Source: the human T2T-CHM13v2.0 reference genome, Homo sapiens | Reading direction: 5' to 3' (one strand) | NCBI RefSeq assembly: GCF_009914755.1 | Contig: NC_060930.1 | Length of the DNA: 64,000 nucleotides | In this document: piece by piece, positions 12,466 through 26,304 of the stretch | How the letters are laid out: each line of letters begins with the position of its first letter | Position numbering within the stretch: the first letter of the stretch is position 1 | Position numbers and translations under genes: made by a program | The notes under the pieces: generated by a model | The model's input: the letters and a program-made list of their open reading frames with translations, nothing else | Databases searched by the model: none | Told to the model about the DNA's origin: nothing

Positions 12466-15400
12466 TTTGATGACATTATTAAAAGTTCTTTAAGTATATA
12501 GACCTCTGAGTATGAGAAGGCCTTTTTGTAAAGAAACAGCAACAGCACAGAAAGTTCATATACTATAAAAAGCTAAAAAAAATTTTGATGGACCATAAGG
12601 CATGCACGCATTCATTTGTCAATTAATTAATCCATAAATGACTTTAAATGGGTACTGTGAACAAGGGACTAAAAAAATGAGTAAAAATAATCTTACCAGA
12701 TACAAATCCAAATGGTTTCATATGAAATAGTACTAACTGTACTGTTTTGCATCAGAATGTCTGAATACTAACTATGAAAATCTGGCTAATACTTTTTTGC
12801 AAGACAGACAATTGCTTAACAATGAAGAAAGAACAGAGAAATCTTATGGGAAAAAATGTTAATGTAAAATACTCATGTAAATTTTGAGATTGACAATTTT
12901 ATATAACTTTTTCCTGGAGCTCATGAAAAACTATTGTCCCAAAACATTTCCTCAATGGTAACAGGATCCTATTCTGTAAAGCCCAGCAAATATAAGGTAA
13001 AGAAATCAAGCTTTCTTTCAAAATAATGCCATTTGCCATGGAAAGAACTGTCAATGAGAACAAATATTTTTAATATGCCAAAAATGTAGATGCTTTGTCT
13101 TTTTTCTCATTTTTTTGATCAAAAGCTAGAAAAGAAGATATTAAGAAGAGAGAGCATATTGTATATGAATCCTAATTAAATAGGTATAAATTCACAGGGA
13201 TCCAACCAAAATGTGTCACTTTAGCTGATAGGTGAACACCAATTGTACTCTCCTTGGTTAGTGAAGAGAAACTATGGAAATAGAAGCCTGGGGCTGGTGC
13301 CCCTGAATGAGCCCCGGTGTTGTAATAAGTTTTCAAAATAATTCTTAAAAATCCTTAGCAGATTTCACTTTTTAAAATGGTCAAGGAAATTACCACATCT
13401 ACATGTAGCGTAAATGACCAATTGTGGATATAAATTGAAGCAGTTCGGAGAAAGGGATTGTTCACAGATCTTTGCTGCTTCTGTGAGAGAGCTTATCATT
13501 ACATTCCGACACAGCTTTAAAATACCTCAAAGTGCCCCCACCATAGCCTGCCTGCCCCGTGTCCCTTGACTCTTTTCTCTACAACTGAAAACCACCTTTT
13601 CTCTTAGCCTGTGGCTGGCTGGAAGGCTACGGAATGTGAGTTTAATCACAGATTACCATTTTCTACTTTTTCTGTTTTAAGCCAGTTATACTGCTGCTGT
13701 CTTAACAGAAATAGTCAAGACTATAAATATATCTACCAGATATCAATTTAAACACATAATGAAAAGTGAAGCAACAATAAATTCACATCTGAAAGTCTTG
13801 GGTTTCACCTTTCCCTGATGGGACGAGGTAACATTTACTGAAAACAAAAATAATAATCACAATTGAAAAAAAAATTCTATTAGGAATAGAAGCTCTAAGA
13901 GGAAAAAGATTATATCATGAGGAACATTGTACGTTTCTTTTAGCTCATGAATTTAACATGAAAAATGTCTATTGGCTTTGTTTTTCGGGCTGTAGACTTT
14001 TTAAATCTTTAGGAATGCTGCCGCCCAATTGTAGGGGCTGCTGTTCAGTTAAAGAGAGGATACTGTGAATATGAGAGGAAGCAGAAAGATTCCGTAAATC
14101 ATAAGGAAAACAATCCATGGCACTTTGGTTTGTGCTACCTCGAGGCCACGATAGATAAAGAAATGAGAGACCTGGCTGGTTTTCGTTCAGGAAGTTGCTG
14201 GAAGGTGATTGAAACTTTGATTAGCCTGAGCCATGGACAGAGAAAAGAGCTTTGTTCTTCTCTTCCTATCTCCAGCTTGGGTAGAAAATACTCACTCTGT
14301 GTTGGAAGATTATGAAGAAAGTCTAGACTATAGTAACCTTTCAAATAGTGACATGAAGTTAGGATTAAGATGCTGGAGGCTTCTTTTTAAGACATGGGTG
14401 GAAGTTCAGCAGGAGGGCACATGAGAAATGCAGCTGGTGCCTAATCGCCACGTTTGAGGCCTTCAGCTAACGCTTCGCTAGAGGAACTAGGATTTTCTGA
14501 TTAACTTTGTAGAAGAAGTGTCGGAAATGCTTTTCAACACGTAGGTTGTGACATTAACCTCAGCATAAAAAACCCCTGTATGCCTTCTGGGTCAGAAATC
14601 AGAGGGGCTTAGCATTCTCCAAATCCCCAGTGATGACGACTAAGGTGGATTCAAAATTAAGACAGATAATTTCCTAAAACAAGGTGCTCTCATTCTGTTT
14701 CCCCAAAGTTCCAGCAATTGACATTGTGTGTGCTGTGACTGGTTTTTGAAACCAGATAACTATGTGCAATAGAGAAAAAACACCTCAGCTGCGAATATAA
14801 TTTGCTGTCTTCTACTTTTTATTTAAGTTGATGAGGAAATACTTGGAAAAAAAAACCCCACCCACTTCACCTTGTCTTTATCTCTATTTTTATTGTTTCT
14901 GGAGATAAATTCTGAGGGTAATTTTGATAAACATCCTGGAGGCCTTGGCCGTTCTAATTGTGTCATCGAACTATAGGGATTTCCTTGGCCTGAGAACCAC
15001 CCAACCCAAGTTGCGAAGTTCTGAATACCTCTACAAGGCCAAAAGCTCTACAGCAGAGATGCAGCATAATTAGCTCTTCTGTTATACTCTTGAACAAAAT
15101 GTCAGTTCAGAAACCTGAAGTGTGTGCTAATGACAAGGGCCCAACTGTCCCATAAAACTAGGAAAGTGGTGTTTGTTGTCGATTTCAAGAACTGGAAATC
15201 AAAATCTTAATGACACAGGAAATGCTCTTCAAAGGCCAAGAAGTCTTAGTGAAAGATAAGAGGATCAATCAGTCTTAAATGCGAGTTTACTAAGAGTGAG
15301 AGGTGGGATGCTGCCAGCATGGATATGTATTTTGAAAGGAATGAATAAAACTCAGCAATAGCGTTAATTTTACTTTGAAGTATATAATGAAACCCCTCAA

Positions 15401-16859
15401 GTACGGAGACTTCAACACCCCTTTCCCAAAATGACCAAAATTTCCATTTTCGAGCATTTATCTTTCTGCCTTTTTCCGTTCCCTGTCTTAACAGAATTTT
15501 AAAAGAGCAGCTAATAAATGAAGTATACTTCAGTTTCATGTAATGGATTGGATCAGAAGGGAACGGATAAGATGATATTGGAAAAGCAGGTGGGGGTCGA
15601 AAAGCTGCCAAAGTGCTAAGCTGTATGGGTTCAATTGATTTCTGGCGTGCAGAACCCAGTCCCCGGATCATTCCAGCAAATGAGAGGAAAGCACTCCCTG
15701 TTCTGTTACAATTGCCAACTCTTCTCTAGGGACTGGTTACCAGCAGGGCCAGAGGTGATGAGGGGGAGATAAGGCCAATTAAGAATTCAGACTGGGGAAG
15801 CAGGAAACAGAAGCCACAGGGTGAATTCCAAAGGGGAAGATGGGAAATGAGACTATGGGTCACTGTAAGCATTCAAGGTAGAATACAAATATGAGTTTTA
15901 AACCCGCTTTAGAGAAACTCATTTTAGTGGGAGTCAGGATCAAAGGAGGCTGAAGCTTTGCAATGTGGTTTCCAAAGGCAAGGCACCGGGGCAGAATAAC
16001 TGAGTAGAAACTTACCATTAAAACCTAGCCCACTGCTTATCATCCTTTCTGTGTTCTTGGCACACTTTGGGATATTAGAAATTTTAGTGGTGTACTTGAA
16101 GGAATTCAAAAGCTCAAAACAAAACTAAGCAATTCAGCAATAATTTCAACCCAATCACCGCTATGGTGTGACTATAATGGCACCGTGTTCATAATAGCAC
16201 CCCAGGGATTGGGAGCTAGACGGGCCTGCCGTGAAGGGTAGACAGATGGAGCTCTGGGTACTGGCTCAGTGACACTAGGCCCCTTACTTAATGACTCTCG
16301 TCATCAGATTCTGCATCTATAAAATGAGGAAGAAGAGTGGACCCCTTCAGAGGGGTGAGATGGAGAGGTCACTGCCCCTGGCCCTTGTGAGTGCTCATCC
16401 TGACGCTGGCCTCTTGGACCCCCACTCCCACCTGTCACTGTCCCCTCTTCACTGCCCTGAGAACACTCCCGCAGTGCTCCAGAGGCCAAGTTCTTGCCTG
16501 GCCAGTCAATATGAAATCGTTCTTGGGCAAAGGTGCACTGTCTTTTACCTTACTCACAGCAAGCTGTAGTTTTGCTCTTACTAAATCACAAGACCCACTC
16601 AGCAAAAAATTCTTTCTGACATCCGTGGTAATAAAAGTATATGCACTTGAGTAGCAAGGACCAATTTCATACACTGAACAAAATTTGGGAGCATAACTGA
16701 AAGGATTCACAGCATACCAGGGGTCCCTGAGCTGGCTGTTCGAGAATGATATTTGCAGGAAAAAGACGAAAGCTTAGTTTTCTCCCTAAATGAAGGCTTC
16801 CCTTCTACCCTAAATAGTGGGCTGATAAATGACTTAATTGTTCTGTCTTCAAGCTGGCT

Positions 16860-17030
16860 GCTGCCAGGCATTGTAGAGTCTATCTCATTTTTCCCTTCTT
16901 GAAAGCAACCCTTTGAGGCAGGTGATGTTACTGTTTTTCAAAGTCATTTTATAGGCAAGAAAACTAAGGATTAGAACCATTAAGTGACTTCAAATCCAAG
17001 TCTTTATGATATCAAAGCTTCTGCTCTAAC
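16860..17030 (-). mobile_element. MIR
   Basis: caaccctttgaggcagg...aagaaaactaagg...ttaagtgact. Confidence 0.6.
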
Positions 17031-17031
17031 T

Positions 17032-17216
17032 GGGTGGTTCTCAATCGTTAGTGAACATCAGAATCACCTGGAGGAACTTGTTAACACCAACTGTTGGGCT
17101 CCATCTCCAAAATTTCCCTTTCAGTAGGTCTGACTTGGGGGTCTGAGAATTTGCATTTCTGTTTCCCTGAATGCTAAAGTTTCTGGTACTGGGACTACAG
17201 TTGAGAAACATTACTA
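17032..17216. mobile_element. MER5A (hAT-Charlie MITE)
   Basis: gtggttctcaa...catcagaatcacctggagg...cagtaggtctg...gagaatttgcatttc...ttgagaaacattact. Confidence 0.85.
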
Positions 17217-17906
17217 TGTATGTCCTGAAACCCTTGTTGATTCCCTCCAGAAACCAAAAGAAAATGCACATGTATATTCCTAAAATGAAAACATAACACT
17301 TTTATGGGAAATCAGAAAAAAAATCTTCATCAGAAAAACTTTGATAACCCTAGTCCTAAATTAGATAGTCACAATACACGCTATATAAAATGACTTCTTC
17401 AGCTTCAGAAGGTTTTTTTGTGGTGAGCTTTGTATTTCCCATGATGCCTAAGGCATATAACTTTGGTACTGCTTTGCCTAACTTTATGATTTATTGTTGT
17501 CATTTGGAATAAAATACTTCTATGCTTAGTACAACAAAGCAAGAAATGCCTGCCTAGAAATGGTTGTGGTTTTTCAGTGGTAACACCATTGGTATGATGT
17601 TTATTTGTTTGTTTCTGAGGTTTTGAAAATTGCTTTAGAAAGCCTGGGGGCAGAAAGCTTCACTTAATTAAAATATTTTAAATCAAACCACAGGAACTTC
17701 AGTTCATAGAGCCTCAGGGTACAGCCAGCAATTGTAAGAAACTCAAATGGAATAGGGTGGATAAATATAATAATATGGGGTATAACTTTCTGTTATTATT
17801 TCTGTTAACTGCGTTAAAGTAATTAGGCAACAGAAATAGTAAACTGAAAATCTTTAGTTAACTATTGGAATTCTGAGGCTATTTATAAATTGCTACACAA
17901 CTGGTT

Positions 17907-18215
17907 TAGTGTTTCCCAGAGTGGCCTTGTAGTATTGGGAATAATGTTCCCAGGATGCTCAGTGAAGACAGGATTCCCTTTGAAGATAACTTTGGGAAAT
18001 ATCACACCACTCTCTCAGAAATAGACATTGCCCACTTGCTTAGGAAAGGCTCTTAGAAGTCCTGCATAAAGCAACCCACTTAACTTTGTCTAAACCATCA
18101 TTTCTGTTTTTCAAGACGTTTTGATCACACAGCTTCTGATTCCCCTCTCACCCCAAGTAAGACCATTTTATAACCTATGGAACGGAAAAAGAAACTCCAG
18201 AAAACACATATGTTT
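17907..18215. mobile_element. hAT-Charlie-type DNA transposon relic
   Basis: agtgtttcccagagtg start; ctttgggaaat; aggctcttagaagtcctgca. Confidence 0.5.
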
Positions 18216-20169
18216 ATTTTTCAACCAATTATATGTATACATTGTGAAGCCTTCCTCCCCTCACCCCCTGCCCCTGATTTCGTACTCCTTCCCAAGCGTT
18301 GACTATTTCTCTTTGCTGAAATAAGAACTTGAACATATACTACTTGCACACATTTGATGGCTGAAACAAGGCGCCAGGGATACTTGGGTTGCTTTCTGAG
18401 TTTATCAGTAGGTAGGATTCAGTAAAACCATGGAAGTTTGTTCTAAATGAAGAAAACATCAGTCAGAATTGTGTAGAGTCCAAAAATAAATTTAATTTCA
18501 TTACTTCCAATGGATAACTTTATTTCTAGAATGCTGCCTAGGAAAGAACCTTGGGCAAGCCTATTCTATTACTAGAAAGGGATCATTTATAATTACAATA
18601 GCATTTGTTTGTCTGCTGAATGTACCTAAATTGCCTGAAAACTACTTACTTGCTCAATCAGTTAAACATTTTTCTCTTTGGAAATATTAATTTGCTTAGC
18701 AAATTCACTTTTCCTAGGTACAGGGAAGTAATCTTCAGCCACTTTTCCCCTAGCTAGAGGAAAGGTAAACTTTAACCTAACCATTTTTCTAATTATCACA
18801 CGTTTTGAATTAATGGGGTCCAAATTAATTAAGGTTTTATTATAGTTTCATCCTTAGGAGACAAGGTTTCATTTCCCTCTTTTGAGATATTTTCCATCTG
18901 AATCAAAAGAAGATTAACCTCACTACTCTCATTGCTTGAAGCCAATGGGTTTCAACTTCTTTTTTCCCTCCTCAATGTACCTGAGGGTTACGGAACACTC
19001 CCTCTGTAAGGAAAAGATGAGGTGTGTGGGGGGCTATAATTAGGAAAATCTCCCCAGGTGATTCTGATAAGCTCCCTGCCCCTTCTTAAGAATCCTGGCA
19101 TTAAGGCTTTGATTAAAAACTTGTAACCCTCAGGCAAGAGTGGAATTGGGGCGGGAAGGGCAGTGGAGGCCCTGACAGGACTCCAGCTAAGCAAGTTGGC
19201 AGGGGGTTTTGTCACAACTGGTCAGCTAAGGCATGAAGAAGCACAAAGATAACAGGTCAGCCAACAAGCATAAGGCAGAAGATTGCCATAAGCATTTTTA
19301 GCATGATTAGCTGTCTCCACCGTATGTACTGAACACTAGCTGCTGATAACCCAGGAGCAGCTGGGAGGAAGGAGGCTGAAGACCTCAGAACAAAACCTGC
19401 CTTTGGGGCAAGCAGGGACAGAGACTGACATTTAATCTGCTTGATGCTGGATCTGTGAATGAGATGGAAAAGTAAACTGCATCCAAGTACTTTCCCACTT
19501 TCTCCAATCTAGTCCACAGTAACCTGAGGTCTGTGATACAGAAACATCCTGCTAGATATGGGTTCATAAATGATATAGATGTGTACAAACCTTAGAAGAG
19601 GCTAAAATGTGATGTTTAGAAGAATTTATCTGTATAATAGAATATTAAGAGAGTCATCAATTAATATTAGGAGACTCACCATAGTCCTTGTTTTCAGTTC
19701 CTCTTATAATCTATCTCTTGAGGGTTTAGACAGAACAGCTGGTAATGATAAACAAATACTCAAAACATTTCTTTTGACTTCCAAGCAAAATATTAAATGA
19801 GTAAGGTATATATTTCCTTTGATATTGATGTACTGAATCTTACAGGCTATTAACTAAAGCCCTTTGGGAAATACTTTACCTAATGCTGTTATAGTTTTGT
19901 CTGTTCTTATTGTTTTATTCTGTTTAAATAAACTTGGATGTTTGTTTAATTATAACTATATTAATTATATCTATATTAAGTTCCTCCTAACTAGTTGTCC
20001 ACATTTGATACCGTTGTAGCTATCTTCTAATACACTAACTTGAGGGTAGATCTGTTTAAAGGTGAAGACTGCTATAAAAGAGAATCTTCTCTGTTGTCTT
20101 GAGAATATCTGAATGCTTAATAGCTGTTATGTTCCCTTGTCACACTGAATTGAGTTTGGGCAACCAGGA

Positions 20170-20295
20170 TTGGGCTAGTTGCAGCTCTATGAACACGAGC
20201 AAATCATTTTAGCTCTTTGGGTTTCAGTTTCCTTATCTGTTGAATATGGTTTCTTCCTGAGGCTGCTGTATGTGATTTTATAGGTCAGTGATACT
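20170..20295 (+). mobile_element. MIR
   Basis: gcaaatcattttagctctttgggtttcagtttccttatctgt core. Confidence 0.65.
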
Positions 20296-22939
20296 GAATT
20301 AAGTTTCAGGTTTTGGACACTAGATGGTGATGTTGTGTTGCAATTTGAAGAAGTCTTCCTCATCTTAGCCAAGGTCGACACTCAGGCTTCATATTTGCTC
20401 AGCTTTTAATAAATACGGTGTATGATTAATGAAACTCTATCCATGAAACATACGTAATTGATCATGGAAATAACACAAATGGAAGAAGAAACCAAAAATA
20501 ACTCTAGCTCCTTTTTTCATCCTACTTATATGTTAGGCAATTTATAAATCTATTGAGGCTTTAATGGCAGGCCTAGGCTCCTGATGCCCACTTCCTGTTT
20601 CTCACTTCTCTCATTCATCCTTTTGGATTCCTAAAACTACTCACCTCAGAAGTGCTTATGAGACTTTAGGCTGCCTGTTGAGATATCAGAAATATACAAA
20701 TGAATGCAATTTTTGTTCAGAAAAACCTCCCTATAAGTACATTTCCTTATCCTAAGTCAAACAGCCTGAGAACAGTTCTCTCAGAAGCCTCTTCATGGAT
20801 GATTTCCTGCTTGTTTACAAATCAGCAGTAGAAGGAGAATGGGTTTACTAAAGTGGTGGCTGCCTTTCTCACTCTTCCTGGGAGTGAATTCTTTTGAGCT
20901 CAAAACACAGAAGGACATAAGAGTTCCTAGAACTCCCTTTTTTTGGGTCCTCTGTTTCCTGACTCTGAGTCTGCAGATTTTCCTGATGGTTTTAGGCTGG
21001 ATGATGGCAATCACATAGCCACTCTACTATGGTTCTCTCATAGCTACTCACAGAGCCACTCTGCTGCAGGATAACTTGCTCATGAAAGGAAATGCCAGAT
21101 TAAACCCCTTGCCACCCTGGACCTGGGTCCTCCAAACATGGAATAGGTATGTGGGGGAAGGAATGAGTTCATTTTGAGCAATTTAACACATATTTTAATA
21201 TAATTATACCCCATTAAAAAAAAAGTAGCTTTTCCCCACAGTGGCATACTCCTTTACTGACATGAATGAGTAATTGGAAATGGGGAAGGCCTTTCACTGG
21301 CGATCCTGTGTGCTGTCTCAGCAAGATAGCTGTACCAGACGGGGCTGGGGCAGCGATATCACTCTGGTAGGTACCGCTCCCTCAGGCACGGTTGTCCTGA
21401 TTTATGAAACTGGCAGTTGTCCTGGTTCTTATGATAGGTTGGGTCATCGTATTACATGACCTAACCCTGAATCTCAACCAGAGTGAGTAAATCTCTGCTA
21501 TCTTTTGGCTAGATGACACAATCAATTGTCACTTTACTTTTCTTTGACTTACATACTCGAACACATAGAACTATAATTCACTTGAGGCTTACAAAAAGAA
21601 AAATGGTTTTAAATTTGAAATGTTTCACTCCCAGCAGAAAAAGCTGAAGGAAAATTAACTTGACTCTCATAGTCCAGTAATTTAAGGCTAAGAGAAAAAA
21701 GGTCCCTTTATACAGTCCAGAAACATCTACCTTATGGAACATTTTAATTCCTTGGTCTAAGGAACCTAAGGCAGAGATAGGCTCCCGGAGGACCTGAGAC
21801 TCAGAATTTACAAATTAAATTCTTTCCCATTCATTCAGCAATAGAAGAAATACAACTAAAGAATGCAAAGAAACAAAAAACTTTGAGACAAATGCAAAGG
21901 GAACTTGGAGTTAATTTTATATAGCCAGAAGAATGGATTCATAGGGGTAGCACAAAGACCATTTTTTAATGAATTGAGCCTGTACTTGAGTGATAGCAAG
22001 GAGATAAATATAATGTGGAACTTGGCATGAATGAATAGAAATCCTCACAGCTACTAAAGCCATGTCTCTTTTAGCTTCATTGTGTAGTTACAACAGAGCA
22101 GTTTAAAAGACCAGAATAAATGTGACCTGAACATTTGTCTGTCTTAGGTTTTATGAGTACAATTTGAACTAAACTGTGCCAAATCAGTAAAGAAAACTAT
22201 GAAAATAAATACATAATAGTCTAGCATCGTATTTAAAATGTAATATAGCTCACTAACCAAATAGACCCCAGATTTAAAATACATTTCAAATATTATTTAG
22301 GGTATTTTGGGATCATTTTTTTTCCCAGGTACAGCAGATAATGGCAAATTCAGTAGGACTTGGTAAGAGAATTTCATCAGAAGCAATAAACAGGCAGAGT
22401 GAAAACTGATTATATTCTGATTTATGTAGTTCATTCATGTTCTGAGCTGTTTGTTCTGGCAAATGTACATTCCCTGATTCAAAAATTTCTATAAAGGTGA
22501 TTTGGTTCAAAAAAAAGGTTTTATGTCTAGGGACCATACAGATTTTAATCATCTTCTTTGTGCTCTGTTCTGTGTCTTCTTTGTGAGGCTTTTCTACCCT
22601 TCAGCACTATTGTTTCTCAAGGATGATTTTTATCAAGAAAAACATGCAGAGAGTAGAAGAAGATTTAAATCTTAGTAGAGGTTTATTTTAGTTTATTATT
22701 ATTTTTTAATTTAAGCTGGCTTGGTGAAATTAAAAACAACAACAACAACAACTCTTCCCAAAGCAAATGTAGTATTTGAGAATAACATAGGAATGGGTCC
22801 CTAACACATGAGCAATTATTATGGTGAGGAGTGAGATTCTGTTCACTCACTGCAAGAAGGGGATGCTTTCATAATGTCTCTATGTGGTGGAGGAGAGGGC
22901 TGGAGTGAAAGCTGGGATCAGGTGTCACGGGGACATCAG

Positions 22940-23475
22940 TCACTCCTTCAGCAAATAGGATTCTGAGTTGTTGCTGCTCAATCTAGGGCTCAATACAGCA
23001 GTGAATAAGTGAACCACTTAGGGGAAGCCAAACACTGAATGACTGATTATGTGAAGAATGAATGTTGTGGTGATATGTAGCATACTTTATTTTATTTTTA
23101 ACTTTTTCAGTTTTTGTAGAGATGGGGTCTCACTTTGTTGCCCAGGCTGGTCTCAAACTCCTGGGCTCAAACAATCTTCCCACCTCAGCCTCCCAAAATG
23201 CTGGGATTACAGTGTGAACCACTGTGCCTGACCAGTGTAGCATACTTTAGAATACACACAATAGGAGAAAGAATAGGACAGAGTTAGCCCAGTGAGGAGC
23301 CAGATGGGCAGGAGATAAGTGTTTTTGGCTAAGGAAACAAAGCCTGTGGAGACAGAAACCAAGAGGAAGAGTGGCATGTGATTGGGCTGGTGAGGCCAGT
23401 GCAGTACTTACAGTCCATATTGAAAATGTTGGTCTCTAGTCTAAGAATAATGGGAAACCTTAGAAGTGTTTCACA
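22940..23475 (-). mobile_element. L2 fragment interrupted by an Alu monomer
   Basis: cactccttcagcaaata...aatacagcagtgaataag; tctagtctaagaataatgggaaacc. Confidence 0.5.
23090..23233 (-). mobile_element. Alu monomer (FLAM_C-like)
   Basis: Left-arm Alu sequence only; 14-bp TSD tgtagcatacttta at 23076-23089 and 23236-23249. Confidence 0.9.
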
Positions 23476-24484
23476 AGACCATTGCTCTAGCCACTGACCT
23501 ATGGAGTCACTTAAAAGTATTTTAAATAGAGGGGTGTCGTCATCAGTTTTGCCTCTATAATAATATTCTGATTATACTGTTTTATAGTCAAACATGAAAT
23601 TTTTCTGCTATTTCTAAATTCCAGGAGGAAAGTCTCATTATAATTCTTATATAATGGCACAAATTCATTCAAGTTGGGAACTGACTTTATTACCTAATCT
23701 GGAGAAGGCCGTTAGTCTTTTACATGGCGATAGAAATTTGTATTATGGTAACTAACATTGTAAAAAGATAGTCAATTTATAAAGAACTGCTTGTTAAAAG
23801 AAGCTTTATTCTTCAAATTCTATAAAAGAAGCTTTTAAAAAGTAACCTTTCTAGTGTTTTAATATTTATTCTGGAAAATTTAAATGTATTTTTGATAGGA
23901 TAATAATGTACTCACTTGACCACCTCTTCTAATTTCCAACACTATAATTTTTCTCATAGGCTTTGTTTAATCTTAAAAATCCAATAAGCAATATAAAAAC
24001 AGAGATATAAAGACTCATTACACTATATGGACCCACCGGAAAGTCAATAAGCAATCAACTTACTGAGCCCTCTGAGATATGATATTTTTAAATGCAGTAA
24101 TGTGAATGGTGAAAATTTTTTGGAGGTTAGATCAGTTTAATTCTGGTTTGTATGGATATTGCACAGAATAGATACTGCTATTGTTGTCATCTTTTCACTT
24201 CAGTCTGTAAAGTAAGAATTCCATCATCTGCCAGAATTACCAAAATCAGGATGTTTCTCCTTATGTATAAATGTGTGTGCACGTGTACATATATGAGCAT
24301 ATGTATACTAACACATGCAGTTGTGCAAGAAATGTCATATTATCTTTCTGTATTATTCTGTATTTTTCTGTATTATTTTTCTGTTATCCTGAGTGCCCAC
24401 CACACCAGGGTGGCAGGGAATTTAGTCTCCTTCGTTACTATGTCTCCCTTCCTGGGAAGATTGATACAAAAGCCCGGAATTTTA

Positions 24485-24563
24485 TTATGTTGGTGCAAAA
24501 GTAGCTGCAGTTTTTGCCATTAAAGCAATGGCAAAAACAGCAATTACTTTTGCACCAACCTAA
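24485..24563. mobile_element. MADE1 (Hsmar1 MITE), intact palindrome
   Basis: ttatgttggtgcaaaagta...tacttttgcaccaacctaa with flanking TA dinucleotides. Confidence 0.95.
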
Positions 24564-25059
24564 TATATGCAGTAGTATGTTCACAGACCGCCCTCTTGTT
24601 TTCAGGTCACAGTGGTCACACTGATGTCATTATGGTTCTCAAAAAATGGTGGTTCTTCTTGTTCCAGGCCAAGTTGGTTTCAGAAATATTTGCTGAGCCT
24701 GAGAACTCCAAACCAGCTTCACTTGGGGCACCACAAAGCAATTGCTTTCTGTGGTCCTGAGATGTTCCTGGGACACACTGTGGAGAAAGACACAGGCCCT
24801 GCTATTCTCCACTTTCTACCTGACCTTGAAAAGTCTTTGAGAAAGTCCTTTATGAATTTAAGCATTTGAAACCAAAGCCAGGGGGTGGCCCAGGGATGTT
24901 TTAGTCAACTTTTGCTTTCAGCCCTAAAACACAGGACACAACTCTGACTGGGAAAAGGACAAACGCAGTAAGAATTAACTTAAAAATGTCAAAGATTACC
25001 CAACCTACATGTGTTCATTTTTGCAAGGGAGATGCATATAATAATAATTAAAGAATGAT

Positions 25060-25320
25060 GAAAATTATAGCAGGTAGGAAAACCCAGCACCTGCATGCTT
25101 TCCATAGGCCAGCCCACAATGACACTGAGAGATTAACAGGTGCTATCTCATTTTCTCCTCATGGCCCCGAAAGGCAGGCACTATTGTCCTTACCTTAAGG
25201 ATAAGGAGATTGTAGATTTCGAAAGGTTAAGTAGCTTGTTCAAGGTCCTACAAGTCCTCTGTAGGGGGCTAGAATTGGTCAGTGTCTGGGGCTCCGCTCT
25301 CAACCCTATGCTCAGCTTTT
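25060..25320 (-). mobile_element. MIR
   Basis: ggataaggagattg...aaggttaagtagcttgttcaaggtc...ggggctagaatt. Confidence 0.6.
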
Positions 25321-25412
25321 GGGTCTCATAGGAATCGCTCTTAAAGCTTTTCACTAAGATAGACGTCCATCTGTCTGCTCCAAAGCAACAGGAGAGAACT
25401 TGAGGAGCATGC

Positions 25413-25440
25413 TTTTTTTTTTTTTTTTTTTTTTTTTTTT
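25413..25440. repeat. (T)28 homopolymer
   Basis: Direct inspection. Confidence 0.95.
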
Positions 25441-25911
25441 GCCACCAAAGTTCTTTTGGTGCACATTTCCAGTAGATTGCACATCTCCTGAAGGTCTGTT
25501 AAAGGTGGTCAGAATACAACAATGAATTCAGAATAAAATTGATTTAAAGACTTGTTTACATAGCTGATATTGAAACATGGGCTCTAAGGTAGATATATTT
25601 TCCAACATGAAACCGAATGTACTATTCTTGCTTTTATCTTCATGTCTACATGTTTTCTCAGTCTAGATCAGGTTTTTAGCCCTGTGAGGACTTATGTAAG
25701 ACATTTAACGTCAGTTTTAACATTAGACGACTTAGTTATAAATTTGTTTTGTAGATAAAAACACTATGCATAATTTTGTAATTTTTCTCTTTAGGCTAAT
25801 GAATGAAAAAACAAGCTGTAGCCTAAATCTACCAATGTCAATAAAAACTAATTTACTATCCTTCTGCTTTGCCACCTCAAGTACTTTTCAAAGCTTTCAA
25901 ATTATACTGAA

Positions 25912-25980
25912 TTTAATATACATACATATAAATGTACATACATGTATATATACATATATATGCACATATATATATATATA
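25912..25980. repeat. (TA)/(TACA) microsatellite
   Basis: Direct inspection. Confidence 0.85.
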
Positions 25981-26304
25981 AATAGGTAAATGTGTTTGCT
26001 TTCCTTGGCATGTTTCAATATATACATGATATTATAATATCATTATTAATTTCAATGTAATTTCAATGATACATTATCTAATAGCTATGACTATTTATGA
26101 CCCACACTATTCTAATGGGTATTGAGCACATTTTGATGAAATATACTGTATACCCTGAAAGTGGTCTTTTGTCCTGTTGTGGGATAGCCATCTATGACAG
26201 GCTGGAATTAGCTTGGGATTTTTGTTAGGCACTTTACCTGTAGGCCAGCAAAAATCCTGACCAACTACCAGAAGGGGCTTTCATTCACTCTCTCATTCTG
26301 GTGT

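Noticed and set aside
14628-14700. GTGATGA box-C-like motif (possible snoRNA)
   Set aside because: No box D (CTGA) with a terminal stem at a suitable distance
15246-15671. 141-aa ORF on the - strand
   Set aside because: No recognisable homology or supporting exon structure
16150-16213. Nested short stems cccaatc/gattggg and gctat/atagc
   Set aside because: Stems are short with large internal loops; compatible with chance
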